NCBI RefSeq assembly: GCF_006345805.1
Contig: NC_042998.1
Coordinates: 131,316,001-131,380,000, forward strand
Source of the DNA: Octopus sinensis
Lineage: Eukaryota
DNA: 64,000 nt
Direction of reading: 5' to 3'
The translations under genes were made by a program, and so were the position numbers. Position 1 is the first letter of the stretch, and each line of letters begins with the position of its first letter. A model generated the notes under the pieces. It saw only the letters and a list, made by a program, of their open reading frames with translations. It did not search any database and was not told the DNA's origin. Positions 54,959 through 64,000 of this stretch are shown piece by piece.

Positions 54959-56199
54959 TTGTTGCTGCTGCCATAGTTGTTGCTGTACCTACTCCTGCTA
55001 CAAGAACTGCTCTTGATTCTATAGCACTGATTCGATCAACGTGAAATTAACGTGTAAGTGGCTGAGCACTCCACAGACACTCATACCCTCAATGTAGTTC
55101 TCAAGGAGATTCAGCGTGATACAGAATATGACAAGGTTAGCCCTTTGAAGGTGTTCTCTTTGGAAATGTTTTTATCAATCCTCTGTAGTGTCATTCTCCG
55201 TGCATATAGTCCGGCTCAACATTCAAATGAAATCGAGCGCAGGAATGGCAGCAGGTTTAAATCTTTAAATTAAATTGTTGGAAGTATATCTTCTCTACAA
55301 ATGCATTTATTCCAGGATAAGGACAAGAACAGGAATGATAGCAGACTCGAATCATTAAATAAAACATTTGAACGTATTGCATTGCAATTTATTCCGCGAT
55401 TCCTTTGACTTTCCAATGGGTTCGTGCAAGGTGGCTATGCTACCTCATTACCATAACTGTTACAGGTTCTGTTGCTACTATTACAATTACTATTCTTACA
55501 ACTACCGATACTCTGGAATGGAAAGGTAAAAGAAGGCAAGTTAGAAGAAGTTGCATCGTTAACCTGGAGGGTCATCCCGCTTTGTTTCCATATTGTCAGC
55601 TGATAATATAGCATGCGTATGTGTAAAGGAATATAAATGGATTGAAATAGATGTGATGCAAATATGAAATAATGGATAAATTTTTTCAGCTCACACTTTT
55701 TGATATTACTCCTGATTTGCAAGTTTTCTCATTTCAATTACTCAAAATATTTTAAGTGATGTCGAGGAAAGCAAATAAGAAATTCTCGGTAATACGTTAT
55801 ATTTCTAGAAACATCTATGAAAATTATGTAATAACTTTGCTGAATATATTAATAGCTTAGTCCTTCTACATAATACCAATGTGTGTACGTTTGTGTGCAC
55901 ACATATGTGTGTGTACGTGTGTGTTCGTGCGTGTGCGTAATTATTCTAATTTTCTGATTGCTATTTGAAAGGATCATAGTTTCTTTTATTTTTGAGTCGA
56001 TGAGATTAATAAAGAGTTGCCTTGCTAATGAATTGCTTTGTGATTTATTTTTGAAAAAAAAAAAAGGGGTCGCCACTGAAAGATATACCGATATAATAAT
56101 AATAACAACAACAAAAACAACCACAAAAATAACGACAACAAAGACAACAACAATAATAATAATAATAGTAATGATAACAAGTCTTCAAGCGCCGTTTTT

Positions 56200-57290
56200 T
56201 TAAACAATATTTGCACTTCTTTCAGATTCTACTAAAAAGTTAATTGTTACAGCTATAATAAGTAACAAAGATGTTAACACTTTAATTGATTCAGGATGCA
56301 AAGAAATTTTCATTCCCACCTCTTTTGCTATTAATATGAAATTGCCTATTAATTCTAGTTCTTCTGTAATTTCTATAGCGTCTTCGACTGTAAAAAATGT
56401 AATTAGAGGTTTCACTATTTGTTATGTTACGCTTAGTGACAATAGTTATCATTTCAAGAACGGTTGATATTTGTGTACCTTTGTAACTTGGACAAAGCTT
56501 TATGTCTTTCTACAAAAAGCGGAGAGATTAAATAAAAATGTTCTTTACTTAGACATTCAGTTCGTGGCCTAATTAATTGCTCATACATTATTTCCAATAT
56601 TTCTAAGGGTTCTGACAAAACTTGCACGGCTATTACGACTTCTAGTCGACTTTACTCGGTAAAAGGTTTTTTTTTCTCTAGGCAGAAATAATAATAGGGA
56701 CCAGAGCTTCTCCATGGTTTGTCTAGGTTTTAGTTCTAAAAACTAATACACTAAACCCTGTAATATATCATTCACAGACTTAAGCAGCACATCTTTGATT
56801 TCCACTTTGGTAAATAACATCAAAAACAAACAAAAATGTCTAATAGGATGGATCTTAAAGCAAGCTTATCATCTAGTCCTACTATATACTCTTAATTGTC
56901 TGTTAAGGCAATTGAAAGTAATGGAAAATTGTCAGGTTTGAAAAATATCTCTGCAACCTCCTTTGGGAGGTTGTCGTGGCCACTTTTTAAAAGAATAATT
57001 CTTAATATAATAACTATGAATTATCGAAATACAATATTTGCTTACACTGTGCTATTTTATGCATGGAAAACAAAGCCAAACATATCATTTCGATAAAGCT
57101 ATCAAAGATTATCAACTTGTTTTATATGGGAATAGGTGTGTACAATAACAGAATTTATATCAAAGGCTTTCAGTAACTATGAGCCACGAGGAAACGGGTA
57201 TTTAACACGCTTAGGAATTCTTGTGCTACGTTTGAACTACAATTATTCTGTATGGTGGATCAAACCATATTATCTTGTCTTGTGTGAATA
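56200..57290 (+). pseudogene. Ty3/Gypsy pol relic: aspartic protease and start of RT
   Basis: VNTLIDSGCKEIFI..VISIASS (protease DSG); IIGTRASPWFV*VLV, DLKA.YH, AIESNGKL, FKRII..TIFAY echo the Gypsy RT motif order. Confidence 0.65.
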
Positions 57291-57452
57291 TCGTTGCTGA
57301 TTCTACGAATTTGCTTCAGCTTGAAAACTACCATTTTGATAGTGCTTTATAGAATATAGACTTCACTGGAAATATTTTGGATGTATGTGTCAAATTTGTA
57401 TGTATAAGTACGATACACACAATCACACACACACGTGTGTGTATGCATGGTG

Positions 57453-57484
<32 letters not shown>

Positions 57485-57623
57485 CACGATGATGGTGGTT
57501 GTATTGGTGGTGGTGGTGGTAGTGGTGGTGGTGGTGGTGTTGGCGGTAGTGGTGGTGGTCGTCGTCTTCGCCACTGCTGCAGCTGTTGTGGGGGTTGTAC
57601 TAAACATATGTCCCTCTTTCTCT

Positions 57624-57671
<48 letters not shown>

Positions 57672-58569
57672 GAGGTCAACGGACTTACTGTCTCCTCTCG
57701 TCTTTCGTAACCTTACTATGTTGTCTTCTGTTCCCTAGAGTTGGATATTCCATTGACATCTCTACTCAGTCCCTCCAGATTTACTCTTCTTTTCTCTCAG
57801 CACTCATGTAGTGTCCAACACTACATGAACCTGGCACTAAATGCTACTCTCAGTCATTCCGATTCAGAATACCAACAAACTGGAACACAGTCCCTCCGAA
57901 TGGTTGTCGTACAGTTTAAGTAGAACAATAACAGCATCAACCACAGCGTTATCGGTGAAATTACGAAAGTCATGGGCTCTGTCCTTACCTCCAGCCTCGG
58001 CAAGTAACATATGTAGATATATATATTTATATATATCTTCCTTTCTTCTATTCTTTTCCCTCTCCTTTTTCCCCTCTCATTTTTTCTCTCATACTTTCAC
58101 CAAATCTTTTCCTCTCCCTTTCACAGTTCTCTGTCTGCCATTCTCCCTCCCTCATTCTTCCTCCTTTTCACTCATGGCTTCCACGTGACCATCTTTCTTT
58201 TTCTAACTTGTGTTTCTTTCTTTCCATTGCAGCTGGAGGAGTCAGACGCGTTCTTGTCTGTCTCCTGTCCACGCTTTTTTCTCCGTGTTCGCCACCTGAC
58301 CTCGTTTAGGCTTAGCAGCCCTTCCTGTTTGTTTTCACTGTCCTATTTTTGTTACCAATTTTGACCCTCCGCAAAGTCCCAAATTTTATTTAATTTGTTT
58401 TACGGGAGCAACTGTTTTATCGAAGGCATATCTTGTCGTTGAATTGCTCAAAATACGGATTAGAAAAACAGCCCACAACTGATGAAGGGTCTGTCGTTAT
58501 TAATGTTGTCTACGTTCCGTGACGTCCTGTGCCCACATACGCATATGTGTATGCCTATATATATATATA

Positions 58570-58649
<80 letters not shown>

Positions 58650-58655
<6 letters not shown>

Positions 58656-59014
58656 GGTAAAATATCTGTCTGTGTGTGTGTGTGTGTATCCTTAATACAA
58701 ATCCAGAATTTTTCAGTTAGAGGGCTCGCACTTTCTATGGTCATTTAAAACCGTCCAAGGGTGGTCGTGCACATCTTTACATTTCCCCATTCACCTCGCA
58801 AAGCCATTAAAAAATCAATAGAAGTGACATTTTTGTGAATTTTCTATCCAAAACCCAATCAAAATGCCCGAAACTTGATACGCCAATTGAATTCCAGCTA
58901 GCTGTATGTGATTGGTCGGAGATTTGGACAGGACGCGCGTGTATGTGCGTACGCACGCAGCTGTATATTCATGCACTAGCACTATGACCCAGCGTTGCCG
59001 GGTCATAGTGCTTG
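58650..59014 (+). mobile_element. Helitron-like element, third family, with palindromic 3' end
   Basis: TATATAAACGG start like the 25401 element; ends in CAGCGTTGCCGGG hairpin and CTTG|T. Confidence 0.55.
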
Positions 59015-59077
<63 letters not shown>

Positions 59078-59104
59078 TGTATGTATGTATGTATATGTAT
59101 ATAT

Positions 59105-59340
59105 ATACAAATGTGTGTGTGAGTCTGTGCTTATCCTCCCCATCACCACTTCAACACTTGGCGACCGTTGGTGGTGTTTTCACGTCCCTGTAACTTAGTT
59201 GTTCGGCAAAAAGGACAATAGGAAAGTGCTTGACTTAAGAAATAAGTCCTAGGGTTGATTTGTTCGGCTGAAAACCCTTCAATGCGATGTTCAGCATGGC
59301 CGCAGTCAAATGACTGAAACAACTAAACGAATAAAAAATA
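59105..59340 (+). mobile_element. SINE family 1 3' half
   Basis: CAGCATGGCCGCAGTCAAATGACTGAAAC and tail. Confidence 0.75.
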
Positions 59341-59935
59341 TAAATAATGTGTGTCTGCGTGTCTGTGTGTGTGTTTGTGTGTGTGAGTGTGTGGTATATG
59401 AAATTTCAGCTGTACTTTTTTAAACAAGTGAAGTGCAAAAAGCAGTGTTATATATCTATATGAAAACAATGTTGCACATACATACGCATTAAAAATTAAA
59501 AAAATAAAACATTATAAAAGCAAACACAAGCGTTATTCTAGCCCACCGCTCAGTTCTGGCATTCATAACTACTTCTATTCCTTTCTACCCCGAACATCGT
59601 CCCCCTAGAATTTTCTTTCAACCCGTTTATTTTTCTTTTACTTTTCCTACAGATGTTGATCTGCAGCAGTAGAAAGGAAATATTAACTGCATCGATCTCA
59701 TCATCGATCTTGAAACCCCAGCAAAAGTCAGAGTTACTTGTCTTTCTTCCAGTTTATTACAAATACATATATAAATATGTGCGTGAGAGAGAGAGAGGGG
59801 AAGTGAGAGAAAGAGAGAGTGAGTGCATATGTTTGTATTTGCATACGTCTATATGTATATAAGTATACATATATATGTATGTGTGTGCGTGTAAATAAAT
59901 ATATGCATATATATATATGCTTGTATGTATGTATG

Positions 59936-60050
<115 letters not shown>

Positions 60051-61151
60051 TGACGGATATCACTGTTCACTTATTAAACTAGGACAGCTGAAATTTCATA
60101 TTCCTGACTAACTTCTCACTGTTCATTAACGGTAGTGAGTTTTAAAACGCCTTTAAATTAATAAATCGCGCTTGAAACAACCCTAGATTATAATACAATC
60201 TGTACAACAGTTATAAAGAGAATACAAACGTAGAAGGGCATTAACTATGACATGTTGTTCTAGAGAAATCGTTCATAAAGAATTTTGTACTGATAAAACA
60301 CAGGGCTTCCCTCAGAATGACGGTGGCTCGACAGATAGGGTGTTTCAACCTGGTTTGGTCTCCTCAGTTAAAGGTAGCCCGGTCTTTCTGAGCAAAGAAA
60401 AAATGCTCATCCTATTATAGAAATCTGTAAATGAAAGATTTACTGATTTGTGCAAACGTTAGCCAAGCTACAATTAAATTGATATTCATTATCCACGCAG
60501 TTTGAAGATAAAATCCAGATTCCATCCCATGCGACATTATCAATATTTTCAAAAAAAAAACAACAAATTATTAGCGTTATCTACCTTGCTGGCTGTTTTT
60601 AGATTTAATTATTGGAAGTTGGAGACTTTCTCTATGGAATGTATGGATATTTTCGACGAGTCGAAGATTTCAACTCACTGAAATATACATTAAGACCACA
60701 CCTTATGTATTTTTGTATTCTTTTAATTGCATCAGTCATTGGGCTGCGGCCATCACGGTATACAGCCTTGAAGAAGTCGGATAAATCGCCACTAGTAATT
60801 ACTTTTAATCTGATGTTTATTCTATCGAGGCTTTTGCCGAAATACTGAGTGTCGAGGGTGTAAACAACACCTATTACAAGCGGTGGGAGTCAACTACACA
60901 CACGTTTACACTCACATATATATCTCTTTCTTTTTTTTTTTTTTGCTTGTCTTGTTCCTTGGTTTGTGTCTATGTGTTTCGTCTCTCTATGTGTTCGACG
61001 TCTTTTTGGTGTCCTGTACACATATATGCGTGTATATGTACATGTAGAGGTAGGTACGTACATATATGTTTATATATATGCATATGTTCTATTTTATTAA
61101 CATATATATATATATACATACATATATATATACATATATACATATAATAAT

Positions 61152-61198
<47 letters not shown>

Positions 61199-61420
61199 CA
61201 TGCATACGCACACTTACATACGTACACACTCACATACACATATATGTATGTTATATATATATAATTATATATGTATGATACCACACACGAAAACCAGCTG
61301 GCGGAGAATCCGCCTGGGGTTAAACTAGTAGTAACATTCATCTGCCACTTTGATGTAGCTACTCACTTTACTGTTTAGTATACGTTACTACTCTATCTCT
61401 ACTTGAGATTCTATAACTTG

Positions 61421-61494
<74 letters not shown>

Positions 61495-61508
61495 GAATTA
61501 TAAGCAGG

Positions 61509-61699
61509 TCTAATAAATTAAACATTACAAATAACACATACTTAATGTATGTGTTTTGTTCACGCGCTTATTACCTGTGGGATTGCGTCAGGGGAAATCC
61601 CTTTAAGATGCCAAGTTTCTTAACACTTTAACAAGCAATCCCGTAGCTAATAAGCGCATAAACAAAACACATACATTGAGTAATGTTTAATTTATTAGA
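61509..61699. mobile_element. MITE-like fold-back (~65-bp imperfect TIRs)
   Basis: TCTAATAAATTAAACATTAC..GGGATTGC / GCAATCCC..GTAATGTTTAATTTATTAGA; no TSD seen. Confidence 0.55.
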
Positions 61700-61777
61700 G
61701 CTTCTGATAATTCAAAATGTATGTACGTATATATGCATACATACATATATGTGTGTGTCCGTGTGTGTGTGTCCGTG

Positions 61778-61821
<44 letters not shown>

Positions 61822-61871
61822 TATGTATGGAACCAGTTTCAGTCTAGTATATCACTCAAATGGTATTTTTC

Positions 61872-62085
61872 GGCCAGCACGCCGGGCGAAATGCGTAGCC
61901 GTATCTCGTCTGCCGTTACATTCTGAGTTCAAATTCCGCCGTGGTCGACTTTGCCTTTCATCCTTTCGGGGTCGATAAATTAAGTACCAGTTACGCACTG
62001 GGGTCGATGTAATCGACTTAATCTGTTTGTCTTTCCTTGTTTGTCCCCTCTGTGTTTAGCCCCTTGTGGGTAGTAAAGAAATAGG
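61872..62085 (+). mobile_element. SINE family 2, well preserved core
   Basis: GAGTTCAAATTCCGCCGTGGTCGACTTTGCCTTTCATCCTTTCGGGGTCGATAAATTAAGTACCAG. Confidence 0.85.
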
Positions 62086-62779
62086 TATTTCTCGGCCAGG
62101 GTTATAGTAGCGGAGACTTTCCCGAGTTGACACGCAGTGGAACTAAAGCCATGAACATTTGATTGAGAAGAAAACATCTTGAACACGCACCTACACCTTT
62201 TCCTAAGCATATGCTCTTTTCCCTCAATCATGTTAATTATGATTTTTAAACTACACGCATTTTAAACACGTATATGTACCTATACAGACGAAATCTTCTG
62301 ACAATAGAGACAGTGTGACTTCCTATACAGAGCTGAAAAATATTCCTTATGCATTCATCAGTTACCAGAATCCTCAGTAAATGGGATAGAAGTGCTTCCG
62401 GTCTTATGTTATGGTTCTTTATATTCTACGTTCAAATCGCACTGAGGTTATCCTTGCCTTTCAACCTAACGAGCTTCGTAAAACATTAGTCAAGTACTGC
62501 TGTTGATTTCTATAGTGCATTCTTGATTTTAATGGATAATAACAGAAGGCTTCAGGAAATATTAAAGAAATCAAAAGAAATACTATTTAACCCGGAGCTG
62601 TGTATTAAATACGCTGAAATGGTTTGTTTATACGCACATATGCAAAGTCACACATATACACACGCCTATATATATACATACATACACACACACACATATA
62701 TATATTTATATATATACATATACATACATACATACATACACATATATATATAGTCTCTCTCTCTCTCTCTCTCTCTCTG

Positions 62780-62812
<33 letters not shown>

Positions 62813-62949
62813 TGAGAGAGAGAGAGAGACTTGTATGTACGCATGCATTATTATATAAGTATGCGTGTGTATACATCTGTACATACGTGCTGCACATACA
62901 GATGTGTTTGTGTATATATATATATATTATATATTGTACTTAAACAAGA

Positions 62950-64000
62950 ATATTATTGACAATGACTTCGAATTTTCGGTCAGCCCAGCTGTCGTCGGAC
63001 TGTGATGCATTGAAGTTAATTTTGGTTTTATACAGCCTTTGTTGAGTTAAGAATCTTCTTTGGGAACGTGAATGTGAGTGGAGTAGCAATTGGGTTGTAG
63101 GGTTAATTTTGGTTGAGAGGTGTTTTGGAGAATTTTTTCATTGATTAAATTTGTAGTTATGTTATTGTTTAGAATTTAATCATTATGTAGAACTTTCTAA
63201 GTAAATGTGTATATTCAGGTGTGTTCCCTTCAGATATTGTCTTTTTGTGGTTCCAATAAAAGGATGTAAGTAGGTCTAGGATACGTTAGTACTTTTAGTT
63301 TTATAAGATTTACTCCTTTGTTTTGATAATGTAAAGGTCAAAGTTTCAAAGTTTAGTCCAGTATTTAAAAACTTAGTATTTGGATGTGCCAGCTATCTTG
63401 TGAACCCTTAGTGTTCAGAAAATATTGTAGGAAGGTGGTATGTTTTAGCTGGACAGTTTCTTTACTTGCTGTTGTTGTTGTTATTTAGGGCATTTCCTGT
63501 TTGTATTTGGAAGGTAGGGTTATTAGTCTTGCATATCGTAGTATGTTTAGTATAGAAATTTATTTCCCTTGTGCTTTGATGTTCACAAGATGATTGTTGG
63601 TCTGTATGTTTTTCTCTGGGGATTCGTTGTTCTATAAGCAATATTATTAATATATAGAAATTCTAACCTTTGTATTTTATGTAGGCATAATTTTTGGGCT
63701 ACTTCTTTATAAATATTTATTCAATTCTGTTTCAAATGTGGGCATTTTTTAATAAATTATTTTAGGCCTCCACCTATATGACCCTCTTCCATTTATATAT
63801 ATAACTAAAACTATTGATACATCCTAGACATGCCTACATCCTTTTTGTGAACCACAAAAAGACAATATCTGAAGGGAACACACCCAAACATACCTACCTG
63901 CTTAAAATGTTCTACATACATGAATACATTCTAAACAATATCATAAATCCAAATTCAGTTCATAAAGTTATCTCCAGAACAACCTTCTACCGCCAGCCAC
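62950..64000. mobile_element. Decayed Penelope-like element (minus) plus inverted partial copy (plus, running off the window)
   Basis: 63160-63320 is ~80% reverse-complementary to 63790-63955; hammerhead-like motif at 63003->62959. Confidence 0.55.

Noticed and set aside
56200-56415. 71-aa minus ORF with a hydrophobic stretch
   Set aside because: Antisense to the Gypsy protease frame
59620-59862. Strong pyrimidine tract plus AG directly before the ATG of a 69-aa ORF
   Set aside because: No convincing donor, the ORF runs into microsatellite, and there is no recognisable protein

Overview
AT-rich, repeat-saturated eukaryotic DNA with one 100-N gap. The repeat landscape suggests a cephalopod, most likely Octopus (inference). 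I found no supportable host protein-coding exon; most listed ORFs are translated microsatellites. The window holds microsatellites, at least four tRNA-derived SINE families, and 5'-truncated or decayed LINEs: an L1/Tx1-like RT ORF, an RTE element, and several R4/Dong-like restriction-like-endonuclease (RLE) elements sitting in (TAA)n or (CATA)n tracts. It also holds a decayed mariner transposase, a Ty3/Gypsy protease-RT relic the ORF track largely misses, non-autonomous Helitron-like elements and MITE-like fold-backs. The most striking pattern is three divergent (head-to-head) inverted-repeat structures whose arms end in type-I hammerhead ribozyme motifs. These are a 422-bp palindrome at 32.1-32.5 kb, ~288-bp arms at 40.0/42.0 kb, and a decayed pair at 63-64 kb. 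Further degenerate hammerhead relics occur elsewhere. This resembles Penelope-like pseudo-LTR chemistry in ORF-less palindromic units. Coordinates were read by eye: hairpin and ribozyme positions should be near-exact, decayed TE borders are approximate.
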